64,000 nt of DNA, from contig NC_042998.1 in NCBI RefSeq assembly GCF_006345805.1, positions 172,794,001 through 172,858,000 of the forward strand, written 5' to 3'. The stretch is from Octopus sinensis. Lineage: Eukaryota. Position 1 is the stretch's first letter. Each line of letters begins with the position of its first letter. Both the position numbers and the translations under genes were made by a program. This document shows, piece by piece, positions 49,398 to 61,693 of the stretch. The notes under the pieces are model-generated. The model saw only the letters and a program-made list of their open reading frames with translations. It was not told the origin of the DNA and made no database searches.

Positions 49398-52300
49398 TAA
49401 AACTTAGATAAAACTTAGATATGTTTCGACCAGAGATTGGTCCAGGCCATGTCTAACTTAATAGCACCACCTGATAGGATTATTCGAATCCTGTTTAAGT
49501 CAAGTTTTGTTCAAGTAGTGAGTTCTTGTTGGGTGAGTTGTATCCAATTATGGGTGGCTTATCTGGTATTCTTTGAAGGAATCTATCCAGACTCTGTTTA
49601 AAGTTGATGGGATCCTTTTCCTCTTTGATCTCCCTCGGGACAATGTTAAATAGGGCAGAGCCTGTTGAGGAAAAGAAATTATGTTGCAGTGTACATGTAT
49701 GTTGTGATCTTGAATTTGGCAGGGGACGTATAGCCCGTGGTCCAAGTCTTGGATGAACCTTGAAGCTATGTTTAGGTCGTTTGGGCAAAGTTGGCGGTAT
49801 ATTCTCCACATCGTACAAATGATGTACCGCTCACGGCGACGCTGGAGGGAGTAAAGTTTCAAGGCTTTAAGGCGATCCCAATAATCGAGAGCAGCCATGC
49901 CTTCAATTTGTTTAGTGAGAGCCCTCTGGGGTGACTCAATTCTGGAGATGTTTTGTCTTGTGTGAGGAGACCACAGTGGGCAGCAGTATTCAAGGTGTGG
50001 CCGTACAAAGGAGGAAAAAAGTGGTATGATGACACCTTGTTCTCTGGACCGGAAAGTTCTTAAGATCCAGGAACTCATCCTACGAGCTATATCGACCTTC
50101 TTGTTGATGTGTGCACTCCAACTGAGATCGTCATCAACAATTACACCCAGGTCTCTGATATTGTTAGAGGCTGTGAGCGGTTCCCCTGAAGGAAGAGAGT
50201 ATGGTTGTTTTAGTGAGGAATTTCTTCCAAAATGCATCAGCTCAAACTTTCCCCTCATTCAGTTGCATTTTGTTTCTGTCTGCCCATTGACTCACAGCAT
50301 ATAGATCAGACTGGAGTTGAGTTCGGTCTGCTTCTTCATTGACGATTTGCTGGAGCTAAGTGTCATCAGCGAATATTTTCACTTTGCAGTGATGTACGAC
50401 ACTGGAAAGGTCGTTTACGTAAATTATGAAGAGTAGCGGACCCAAAACAGTTCCCTGGGGAACACCGCTGGTGACTTTTGCTGGGTTTGAGTGGACTCCA
50501 TCAACTACAACATGTTGTGTTCTATTCGCCAGGAAATACTTAATCCAGTGTAGAACTTTTCCACGGATTCCAACATTTGCCAATTTTGAGAGTAGGATGT
50601 TATGGTCTACCCTGTCGAACGCTTTACTGAAGTCGAGATATATGACGTCAGAGTTCGAACCTGTTCCCAAGGCTTTGAGTACATCTTCAATGTGGTGTAA
50701 GAGCTGCCTTAGACAGTCCCTGCCACAGCGAAAGCCATGCTGATTTTAATTTAGGAGTTTGTGGGTCTCCAGGAAGTCAGCTATCCTTGATCTTAACACT
50801 CTTTCAAACACTTTAATGATGTGGGAGGTGAGTGAGATTGGGCGATAGTTGACTGCGAGGGATCTGTTTCCTTGCTTGAAAACCGGGATGACCGACTGGG
50901 ATAGAAACTGTTTCGGTATATAACCTGCGTCTAACGAGTTTCTCCAGAGGTTGGTCAGAGGGACTGCAAGTTGATATCTACATTCCTTCAGGAGACTAGC
51001 GGGAAATCTATCAGGGCCTACAGCAGAGTAATGTTTGACCTCATTTATTGCTGCTACGATGTCGGTGGCAGTGAAGGTTATGTCTGCGATTTTGTGTTGG
51101 GAGTCAACTTCGTTCGTTTCCCTCACGTCAATATCAGTGGGAACACTGAAGACAGAGCAGTATTGTTTCTGCAGTATTTCTGCCATTTCTTTAGCATCGT
51201 GTTGGGGAATGCCGTTATCATCAATCAATGGCCCAATGGGTGAGACAGTGGTTCTATGCTTATTTGCATAAGAATAGAACACTTTTGGGTTCTGTTTGAT
51301 GTTTTTGATTACCCATTGTTCCTCCACAGCTCTTTGATTTTCAATGGAGGTTTTCATGTTAGTCTGCAGATGAAGTTTTTCCAGCTCTAGTCTTTTCATT
51401 GTTGTTGAATGTGGATGTTGTGTGTGGGAATATTTTAATTGGTTGATTTTTTTGTTGAGTCTTTTGATGCGCCTGATGAGTGTTTTTATCTTTTTAGGGA
51501 GCCGGTTTCTGTTTGTGTTAGTAGATTTCTTGGGAGCGTGTTTAGCATGTATATAGGTGACAATGTTTTCAAAGTGCTGCCACGCGGTCTCAATATGAGG
51601 GGAATTGAGAGTAAAAGACCAGTCGATGGAAGACAGATCCTTTCTGATTGTTCCCCAGTCCGCTTTGTGGAAGTTTATGTTGTCAAATGGGTGCCATGGA
51701 GTGGGATTGGCTGGTTTGGTTTTTATATGTCGGGAATTAAGATTGCAGAGTACCATGTCGTGGTCTGAGAGGAGAGTTTTTTCGACTGAAATGCTGTGAA
51801 CGTAGCTAGAGTGATTGGTCAATACCAGATCCAAGATCGTTTTATTCTGTCTCGTTGGTTCAAGCACTAGCTGAGTCAGGAAATACTCATCCATCAGATT
51901 AAAGAGCAGTTCTGCTGCTGCCCTATCTGATGTAGAGCACTTGCCTAACTTCGGAGTATTTGTGGGCCAGTTCACATGAGGGAGGTTAAAATCACCCATC
52001 ACTAGTATGTTTCCGGAGTGGTACTTCCGAAGGAAGGACTTGACTTTGCTAAGGCACTCTTCAAATTACTTTGAAGGGGAGGCCTGTAAAGACCAACAAT
52101 GGTTATGTCCTTGGCTTTGTTGTATAGTGATACCGATTCACAGTAGCCATTGGAAAATGTGTCCTTGGCATCAAGTGAAAAGGAGTCATGGATAAAGATG
52201 GCTGTCCCTCCCTTATCCGCACGAACAATGGTGAAATCTTTTATTTTCACCTCTGCGTCCATATGGGTGTTGTTCAGGTGAGTCTCGGTAAGGATAAAGA

Positions 52301-52650
52301 AAGGGAAGCAATGTGCCATTTCGGCAAGCCAACTCTCTATATATGGGATCTTCCATTTTTGGGCAATAATTGATGGGTTGATGCCACGTACATTTAACAG
52401 GAATGTCGAGGTAAGGGAAGTTGGTAATGGGTGAGTGGTCCTTGTGATTTGCATAGATGGTTGGTGATGGCTCGCTGGATCTCCTGGCTTAGGTCGGCCT
52501 TCATATTTTCCAGGTATGTCAGTAAAAAAGAGTTACTTGTTTGGTTTGCCACTTGGTCAGAGGATACATATTTCAAGTTGGCGTTATTTGGTGTTTTTTC
52601 ATGGTTCTGTCTACGTTGTTTGATTGTAGGAGGGGAAACGTGGTTGTATT
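49398..52650 (-). mobile_element. Near-full-length CR1/L2-group LINE: ORF1 remnant + APE-RT ORF2 with stops/frameshifts + 3' UTR and (ATCTAAGTTTT)2 tail
   Basis: APE: LLNVRGI, ILTETHL, GGTAIFI, MGDFNLP, LDLVLTN, LSDHDMV. RT: NYRPISLTSHIIKVFE, NQHGFR, VIYLDFSKAFDRVDH, GVPQGTVLGPLLFIIYVND, FADDT, DLGVIVD, FVRPHLEYCCPLWSP. In-frame stops at ~50746 and ~50356; frameshifts near 52002, 50250 and ~49780. Confidence 0.95.
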
Positions 52651-52984
52651 GAACTTATATATAACTTATTTTTTCTCGGTTTGCTTATCTAGTTTTAGGA
52701 GAATATAGCCAGCTATTTTGAATGTTAATGGAAGTTTATAATATTCTTGAAGGTGTTGGTCATATCATACTTCATAATAGTATTAAATTTCTTTGTTGTG
52801 TTACTGACATCTATAACTGTTTTGTAATTAACAATTTTCGAGACCATAATACTTTTCACATTCTATCATTCTAAGTACCTTGAGTCCTAACTACCCCTTC
52901 ATTTCATCTTCAACACACACATTGACACAACTAAGCGTGTGTGTGTATGTGGGTGGGCGCACGCACGTGTGTGTAAGTGTGTGC

Positions 52985-53462
52985 GTTTATCATTCATCTT
53001 TACTTGTTTTAGTCATTGAACTGTGCCCATGCTGGAACACCGCCTTGAAGGGTTCAGACGAACAATTCTAACCCAGTACTTATTTTTAAAACTCTAGTAC
53101 TTCTATCATCTCTTTGCCAAACCGTTAACTTGCAGGGACATATTGGAGGTGCGTAAGCGTAAATAAAAAGACACACAGACATATGTACACGCACGCACGT
53201 ATACACATACATACATAATACATACAGACAGACAGACAGACAAACAAACGGTTACATAAATACATACATACACATACATACATATGCATATATGCAACGG
53301 GCTTCCAAGCAGTTTTCCTCTATAAAATTCACTCCCAAGTTATTAATCGGCGCGAGGTTTTAGCAGGAGATACTTGCCTAAGGTGTCACACAGTAGGATT
53401 GAACTCGAAACCAAGCGGCTGTAAAGCGAGCTTCATAACCACACAGACTTACCTGCACCTAT
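52985..53462 (-). mobile_element. Diverged composite SINE family B
   Basis: Tail 52985-53170, microsatellite, head 53290-53462. Confidence 0.7.
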
Positions 53463-53475
53463 TACTGTTTATATT

Positions 53476-53509
<34 letters not shown>

Positions 53510-53510
<1 letters not shown>

Positions 53511-53700
53511 CGGGTAGCTTTATGAAAATAAACAAAAGACGAAGGCAGGTGGAATACAAACAAACAATTGTATTAGTATGGCGTTCAGGAATATAAATAA
53601 AACAAGTCTTTTACGTTTCGAGCCTACGCTCTTCAACAGAAAGATACACAGTAAAGAAACACGGAGAGAAACAAGGAGAGAAAAAAAATGCGTGCAGAAG
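53510..53700 (-). mobile_element. (TA)n-anchored short element, family H, with hammerhead-like motif (53607-53644)
   Basis: Minus strand tcttt-CTGTTGAA-GAGC-gtag-GCTC-GAAA-CGT-A-AAAGA. Confidence 0.65.
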
Positions 53701-54065
53701 CTAGCGAATCAACATATTCTATTATTGATTTGAAAAATCCTATATGGAAAAATAGTTTAAGATTGTTGATTATGTTCCTGGAGTTTAGTATGTATTCTTT
53801 CTCATCATTCACACTTTTTTTACACCATTCCCAGAAATCTAGATATGAGCAATTTTAAGTCACACTGAAACAATATGTCGCATATATGAATAGATTACGC
53901 TGTTCATAATGTGCATATTTAAATTTCGCTTTTGAGATAAATTATGGCAGTGATTGCTAACTGTCAGTTTTCGATTCATTTGTCTAGTGATGCGAAGTAG
54001 TGTCTGTAGATTTTTTAGGCACACAAAAACAGGGAAATGAGATAAATGGGTTACTTTACAGCGGT

Positions 54066-54281
54066 TACTCTTTACTCTCTTTTACTCTTTTACTTGTTTC
54101 AGTCATTTGACTGCGGCCATGCTGGAGCACCGCCTTTAGTCGAGCAAATCGACCCCAGGACTTATTCTTTGTAAGCCTAGTACTTATTCTATCGGTCTCT
54201 TTTACCGAACCGGTAAGTTACGGGGACATGAACACACCAGCATCGGTTGCCAAGCGATTTTTGGGAGACAAACACAGACAC

Positions 54282-54354
<73 letters not shown>

Positions 54355-54929
54355 TAGCAGTATCACCCGGCGTTGCTCGGGTTTGTAAGGGAAATAACTA
54401 TAAAGCATTTTTAGAGAGTTATAGCCAAAAAATAGCAAAAAAATGGAAAAGAAATGATGGTAAATTTTTTTTGAGAGTCAAAAAGGTCGAGTTGCGGCCC
54501 CTAGACAGTCTGTGGTTTGTGTTTCTGATTCTCGACCCCATGTCGAATTTATCGATTTTTTTCAGAACTGGGGGAACTTTTCAAAATTTTCGCTGCGTTA
54601 GTTTTGAATTATGACATTGGGCTATGTGTGTGTCAAGTTTCATCAGAATCGGTTGAAAGCCGTGGTCAGGGTGAGGGTACAAGCAAACAGACACACAGAA
54701 ACACGCACAGACAAACTGCCGTTTATATATAGATATATATATATATATATATATATGCATATACACGACAGGCTTCCTTCAGTTTCCGTCTATCCAATCC
54801 ACTTAAGGCTTTGGTCGGCCCGAGGCTATAGTAGAAGACACTTGCCCAAAGTGCCACGCAGTGGGACTGAACCCGGAACCATGTGGTTGGTAAGCAAGCT
54901 ACTTACCACACAGCCACTCCTGCGCCTAT
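54066..54929 (-). mobile_element. Composite SINE family B carrying a Helitron insertion in its internal microsatellite
   Basis: Tail 54066-54275 and head 54765-54929 match 8615-9046. Confidence 0.9.
54354..54733 (-). mobile_element. Non-autonomous Helitron-like element (380 bp)
   Basis: 5' TC(TATATATAAA..) start and 3' cccgagcaacgccgggtgatactgCTAG end (hairpin + CTAG), inserted between A and T within (TA)n. Confidence 0.8.
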
Positions 54930-56989
54930 AATTGATAATTCTATTTCAGAATTGCTTTAAACTTATAGTAAAGGAATATATTTGATGGTAACTACAGGTT
55001 TCTCTGAAAGCAGTCTTCCTTCTAGCGTTCATTACGTAGTCACAATGCAAGAACGACGGAATTATCTGAGAATTTGTTAAATTAAATTTGGAGCAGGTCG
55101 CATTTCTAACACCATATTTTATTAATATGTTTCCTACGTTACGAGAAGAGGACACACATCATTAGCTTGAAGGTGATTCTTAAAGTTCAAGTTTAAGGTT
55201 AGTGTTTTCGCAGAAGGAACAACACTCACAAGTTCATACTGCAATAAATCATTTCTAACCTTAGCTGATGGACTCACACAGGTCGCAGTTTAAAACAAGG
55301 TGTGGCTCTTGTAATTTGATTGTTTGAAAGAAAGGAAAAAAATTGTTGCTTTGTGATTACCTCTCAATTATGAAGGAGTGCTCTGATGTCGTGTAGCAGT
55401 CGTGATATACTAATTGTATGGCAGGCATAAACGGTCATAATTATTTTATTTGTTAAAGTACATGGATCTTCGTCGATTTCGACAAAGAGCAATCTCTAAT
55501 GCAATCAACAGAAATATGTACTAACCGTACGTATTATTGAGTAGTATGCGTGGTTATACTAGCTGGAATGGCAGATACTAATTTTTATAATTGTTTTATT
55601 TATAATAGTAAATGAATCTTCGCCAGTTTCAACGAAGTGTAATGTCTTATTCGATAAATGGAAATATGTATGTTTAACTGTGTAAGAGACTCCCTATTCC
55701 ACAAACACGAGTTAATATAATATGGCAAAATTAGCGAAGCATGCATAACAAACCTAGGGCTTTCAATTACAGATGAAATCCATCCAAAGGATTTCCCCCA
55801 ACCCAAAGTTATGATAAATGACACTTAACCAAGATACCGTGTAGAGAGAAGGCAAGCAGAATGTTGTTATTGCAAAGCGAATCTTTTATTAATTCGTCCA
55901 TGTATATCAGTTTAGTCAGACTACTTAGATATGATTGGAACTTCTATAATGATAACCAAATGAGTTATGTGCCTCAATGCGAGTAGTGGAAACTCATTTG
56001 AAATTACAATATCAGCAATTACACGCAAGTGCGCACACACACATATACACACACAAACACATACGTGCGCGCATACACATATAGGAGGAAATGAAATTCC
56101 AAATGCATAGAGAATATATTAGAATAAATTAGAATTCAATTATATTTCAAAATATTATTAAATTCTAATTCGATTTATTCTCTGCGCATTTTCAACTTAA
56201 TTTCTTCTATTCTCCCACGTGCTGGAATTTTGACTTCCATGACTAAACATGGGTCTAAAACTGGAGTGCTTTCCCGTTGCCTTCTCCAGCAAGATGGGAT
56301 TTGAACTCAGAATGTAGAGAGCTGGAAGATATGCTGTAAAGCACCTCTACTGACACGCCAACAATTCTGCCATTCTCTCATCTACAGAGCAACGTGAAAT
56401 GAAATGTAATGTTCGAGAACACAACGCGTCGTCTGATCCGGAAATCGAAGAGAGAAGAAAGTTCTGTTGCTTGAAATTACATCCAAGTTGAAGAATTTCA
56501 AAATCTTTTGATTTTTTTTCGCAATATATATTTTTTCCACTCTTATCTTTTCTTTTTTCTTTGATTGAAATATCCATGTATCAGATTACAAATATTCAAA
56601 GGACCATACAAGGAGATATACGTTTACAATTTTGTCTCCCTTGGATGGGATTAGAATAAGTTCCAAAGTAACTCAACAAACTTGCACTATCAACACAACT
56701 AATGATAGCGGGACCTATTTACCTCCAGCTATAGGGGCAGCCAGCCACCCTCCAAAACTCTCTTAGCAATTAATTAAAGCAACCAAGAGAAAAATGGCCA
56801 ATAAGACGTCTCCAGTTATACACACATATGTAAATATATATACAGGCACAAATATATATGCATACACAAATAAATATAGATACACAAATATATGTACGTG
56901 TATGCATATATTTGCATGTATGTATAAACATGTAGCAATTACAAAAGCTTAGATAGATGAAATGGATATGCTTTCTAATAATAATGTCT

Positions 56990-57200
56990 TTAATTCTGGG
57001 CACAAGGCCAGCGATTTCGGAGGAAGGAGTAAGTCGATTACATCGATTCTGTGCTTAACTGGTACTTATATTATCGAACCCGAAAAGATGAAAGGCAAAG
57101 TTGACCTCGGTGGAATTTGAACTCACAACGTAAGGACGGACGAAATGCCGCTAAGCATTTAGCCAGGCATACTATCGGTTTTGACAACTCGCTCACATTA
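56990..57200 (-). mobile_element. SINE family A
   Basis: Family A core and head; a shorter head fragment also lies at ~56270-56370. Confidence 0.85.
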
Positions 57201-57842
57201 AAGGTTTTCTACCAAAATTAACAATAATAATAATATTGGTAATGGCAAGGGAAAGGAGAAGAAAATAATCTGGAGTGGACGTAAGACAGGAATAAACCCA
57301 ACAAAGCCCAGGAATTAACAATGAAAGAACACAGTATGAAGTAGTCATAGAGCAGCAAAATCGGTTATTCTCACAACAGTGTTTATTAAAGAAAGTTAGT
57401 CACTGAGCTGTTTGTTTCTACAATTTTGAGAAGCATCAACATAACGTATAACAACATTCGTTCTTCAAATGTATATAACAATAATAGTTAGTGTACTGTT
57501 CAAGAAGATAGACAACTAAACGTAATTTCATTTCGTATCTACTGCTTTTTATTTTACGCCTTCTTACTCTCTCACCACTCTTAATATCACTTTAGATTTA
57601 AAAGACTTATACATTTGAAATCGCACAATATCTTTAAAGTAGTTATAATTCTTCCTAATCCCTTCCCTGCACTGAGCGCATTTATTTAGTGTTTCATAGT
57701 TTCATTTATTTGGTGTTTTTTTTTATCTTTTATAGTTTCATTTATTTGGTGTTTCAGATGTCTCATAGTTACATTTTCTATTCATTATTTTTTTTCAATG
57801 TTTAACTTGTATTCAAAGCACTGAGAATCAATATAACAAAAT

Positions 57843-58075
57843 GTATTTCTTTACTGCCCACATGGGGCTAAACACAGAGGGGACAAACAACGACAGACAA
57901 GGGAATTAAGTCGATTACATCGACCCCAGTGGGAAACTGGTACTTTATTTATCGACCCCGAAAGGATGAAAGGCAAAGTCGACCTCGGCGGAATTCGAAC
58001 TCAGAACGTAACGACAGACGAAATACGGCTACGCATTTCGCCCGGCGTGCTAACCTTTCTGCCAGCTCGCTGTCC
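57843..58075 (-). mobile_element. Well-preserved SINE family A
   Basis: Complete head, core and CTTTACTGCCCAC tail. Confidence 0.9.
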
Positions 58076-59326
58076 TCAAAAATGGATGGAAATAAGTGAG
58101 GTATTTTATCCGTTATCTTTGTTAGGGACTTCAAGCGGTTCATGATAATGCAAATACCATATTTAGCGATCGTGAGTGTAGCACCCTAACCACTAGGCCA
58201 CACTCCTTCACGCATATCTTTCTCTCTTTCTCTCTCTCTTTTTTTCTCTCTCTCTCTATCTGTCTAACCACACACACACACACACACACACACGTAATCT
58301 GTAAAGTACTGTGTTCTTGGTCCTAGATGGTGTGTTGACAAATACATTAGTTTTTACCACAAATGAAATAACATGATACCAACTAAAACCCAATCAATAA
58401 AAAAAAAACCTAAGAATCTTAAATTTAAAAAGTAAGTCCATTTTCCGTGTAATGTAGTATTGTAAGAAACACCCTTAAAACCTAAGAGAAACGTAAACAA
58501 GATTACATTTAAAAACGAAGTTAACCGTAAATATGTACAAAAAAAAACAGTAACCGACAAGGAACTAAAAACTCGAATTTTGCTAAAGTTCGTTACCATA
58601 GGGGTGACACCTGCTGTATAACACATAGATGCTACTCCAGAATTGCCAGCCAACCCCAATAAAAAGTATAGTTTCTTAATCTAACCTTTTTACTTGTTTT
58701 TGTAATTATGCAAATTACAACTTACGGCAATTTAGCGTTTCAATTTGTAAACATCTACTTACTGATTAAGGAGGTTTGAAATGGATTAGTTTATCAAGGA
58801 AAAGTGTTTGTTGTCTTCCTTGCTAAAGGTATCAGATTTTTGTTTCTAAGCATGAAAACGAAATTTTCTGTGAAATGAATCCATGTTTTAAAAAACATAT
58901 ATCTCCTTTTCTGAGAGTACCAAAGATCTATTGCTTTCCTTCCAAAATGAACAATAGTTCTACAATTCACATTTTGTATTTGACATTTAGTACATCACTG
59001 CCTATTTTTAATGCTTGTCCATATTCTTCATCTCGGTAACAAAAGGAACTGAACATAACAATATTGGTAGATGTATTCGTATAGTAATACATCTCATCAC
59101 TAAACCAGGAAACATAACTTGTAGATACACGAGAGGCAGAAACTTCAGGTAATACATCGTCTTCTTCAACATAAGAATATTATTACAATCTATTCTAATG
59201 CTCATTAAATATTTCATTTATATAACTTATTGAGTGTGTAAAATATAAACTAGCACACGTGTAGGTACTTTCTTCAAACCCATACATACATACACACACA
59301 CATATATACATACATACATACATACA

Positions 59327-59358
<32 letters not shown>

Positions 59359-59559
59359 CATACATACATATATTTGTATTTATTTATATTTGCATATATA
59401 AATACATATAGATATATTTACATATATATATATATACACACATATTTACATACATATATATATTTACACACATATATATACACATATATAATTTGAAAAG
59501 TTCGAAATCTAGGTCCTAGATAATCCCCATCAGGTTTGTACCTTTATTTAATTTTCTTC

Positions 59560-59790
59560 CTACCTCCCTTATGGAGATGAAGCTCTGAAAGAAGATCTGA
59601 GGTGGTCTAGCTAGAGCACTTTCGCATTTCTTTAGGAGGATTGCTTGGAATCCGTCAGGGACTGTTGCTGAGTTTGAGCTCATCTCATCAACGGCTGATA
59701 CCACTTCAATCTCCTATATGTTGATGCTATCAACAATTGGCATTTTGTTTTGTAGATATGTGGAGCCAAAGAGCTCATCAGGCATAGCTA
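59560..59790 (-). mobile_element. CR1-group LINE RT N-terminal fragment
   Basis: VSAVDEMSSNSATVPDGFQAILLKKCESALARPPQIFFQS is homologous to the AAINEVKHYSAVGPDRFPASLLKEC segment of the 49.4-52.6 kb LINE. Confidence 0.7.
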
Positions 59791-59890
59791 CTTGCATATA
59801 AATATATATATATGTATGTATGTATATGTGTATGTTGTGTATGTTCGTGTGTATGTATATACATATATACATATGTATATATATATACGG

Positions 59891-59936
<46 letters not shown>

Positions 59937-60473
59937 ACATATATACATATACATATGTACATATACATATATACATATACATACATATATACACATACAC
60001 ACACAAACATATATATACACATATAGGTTAGTTGAGTTAGAGGTTAAAAACACAAATAGTAAAATACACAAGAAAAGTGTAGAAGAAAATAGTATGAATA
60101 ATACCTTTAACAATAAAAATCCCTATACAGACAATAACTTATATAAATCTACAAAACGTAATAATACTTGATTATCTTGACAAAATATTACTGTAATTGT
60201 AGAAACCCAAATAGGTGCAAGTTAGGCAGGAATTGCAGAAGAATAAATGTAGCATACCAGGCAACAATTATTACATAAGATATAAGCGAGTTTTATTGTA
60301 TCGGATCTACGCAGGATTGGGTTAAATTTAAGAATAGCTGGATTCTTACGGTGTAGGATACACGGCGTCAAGAATGTCTCTAACAGCTATCCAAATCGGG
60401 CTGGTATGGCGGTAAATGAAGATAAACAGAAGCTTGTTTAAGCACACGCGCACACACCACACACACAGACACA

Positions 60474-60631
60474 TGCGTGGCTGTGTAGTAAGAAGCTTGC
60501 TTCCCAATCACATGGTTCCGGGTTCAATCTCACTGCGCGGCACCTTGGGCAAGTATCTTCTACTATAGCCTCAGGTCGAGCAAAGCCTTGTGAATAGATT
60601 TGGCAGATGGAAACTGAAAGAAGTCCGTCGA

Positions 60632-60632
<1 letters not shown>
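60474..60632 (+). mobile_element. SINE family B head only
   Basis: GTGGCTGTGTAGTAAG..GGTTCCGGGTTCAATC..GGAAACTGAAAGAAGTCCGTCG, then (TA)n. Confidence 0.85.
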
Positions 60633-60662
<30 letters not shown>

Positions 60663-61044
60663 CATACTTTATTTGTGAATTAAGGCCACCATTGGTTTCA
60701 TGTTAAGATTAGGAAATTATCCTAGTATGTTAAAAATGTTTCTAGCCGATCCCATGGAAACAGGTTTTCACCTCCATTTTTAAAGCAGTGTCATTTCGTT
60801 CTCAGGATTTCTCGTAAATTCGTGTAAATGAAACACTGAAACAATGAATCAAGTGATGATAACCTAGAAGGCATTTTTCGCGGTTTGTCTCCCTTAGATT
60901 TGTACTTTCGGGAAATTTTTTTCTTTGTTTATTTGTTTGTTTTTGTTCTGGACATGATGATTTTGTACTTGGATGTTGAGGTTGTGCGAAAATCAGTTGC
61001 AACAGGAGGGGCTAAATCTCATAAGAATAGAAAAACAAACAACA

Positions 61045-61693
61045 AACTGGTTGTACCTTATAATGAAACTCTTTTAAGAACATTCAAATGTCATTGCAAC
61101 GTTGAAATTCTTGCCTAAGTGTTGGTCAATTAAGTCAAGTACACGTGGAATAGAAATGTCTAAGCTGCTGTTCAAATAAACAAAGATAACGAAATTAGTC
61201 AGTATCTAATGAGTAGGTATATTGGACCATTCGAAGCAGTTGCATCTATTTTACGATTTTCAGTTTAGGAAAGAGCACTTGTAATAGTTAGACTGCAAAT
61301 TCATGTACCAAATGAACAAAGAATATTGCTCAGAAATAATGAGGATATATATGACTGTCAATGAACGACATATGAGAACAACACTGACAGATTGTTGACT
61401 TCGCACAAAGCATTATTTTATGCTGAAGTACCCATGTATTTCACTTGGGACAGTAGTAATAAAGAATGGCAAAGGAGAAAGCGATGAAACAATCTGAAGG
61501 CCATTTGAACGTTTTCAAAGAAAACAAAAACAAAAACAAAAACACTTCGTCGTGTACCAAAGGCAGAAGAACTGTATTAGTTAAATATTTTATTACATGA
61601 AGTTCGAAAGAGTATTTGTTCCTTTCCCCCTGCGCATCGAGATTTTTAACTTGAAGTGTTTGTGTCCTAATAGGTCACGGCGGGTACATCTAG
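61045..61693 (+). mobile_element. Deleted Helitron relic (Rep fragments) with 3' CTAG terminus
   Basis: VVPYNETLLRTFKCHCNVEI; YLMSRYIGPFEA..ER..RLQIHVPNEQRI; TTLT; YAEVPMYFTWDSSNKEWQRRK; ends cgggtacatCTAG|t. Confidence 0.75.

Noticed and set aside
49415-49470. LINE 3' end stem-loop followed by GAAAC
   Set aside because: There is no CUGANGA strand; better explained as the 3' recognition stem-loop of CR1/L2-group LINEs.
55361-55428. Possible first coding exon (MPAIQLVYHDCYTTSEHSFIIE) phase-compatible with the 44471 exon
   Set aside because: Supported only by a moderate donor and a 1-in-3 phase match.
58990-59180. Minus-strand open frame YVEEDDVLPEVSASRVSTSY..
   Set aside because: No usable start or splice signals and no recognisable homology.
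59760-59790. CTGATGAG on the minus strand
   Set aside because: It lies in LINE coding sequence (PDELF..) and has no GAAA or helices.
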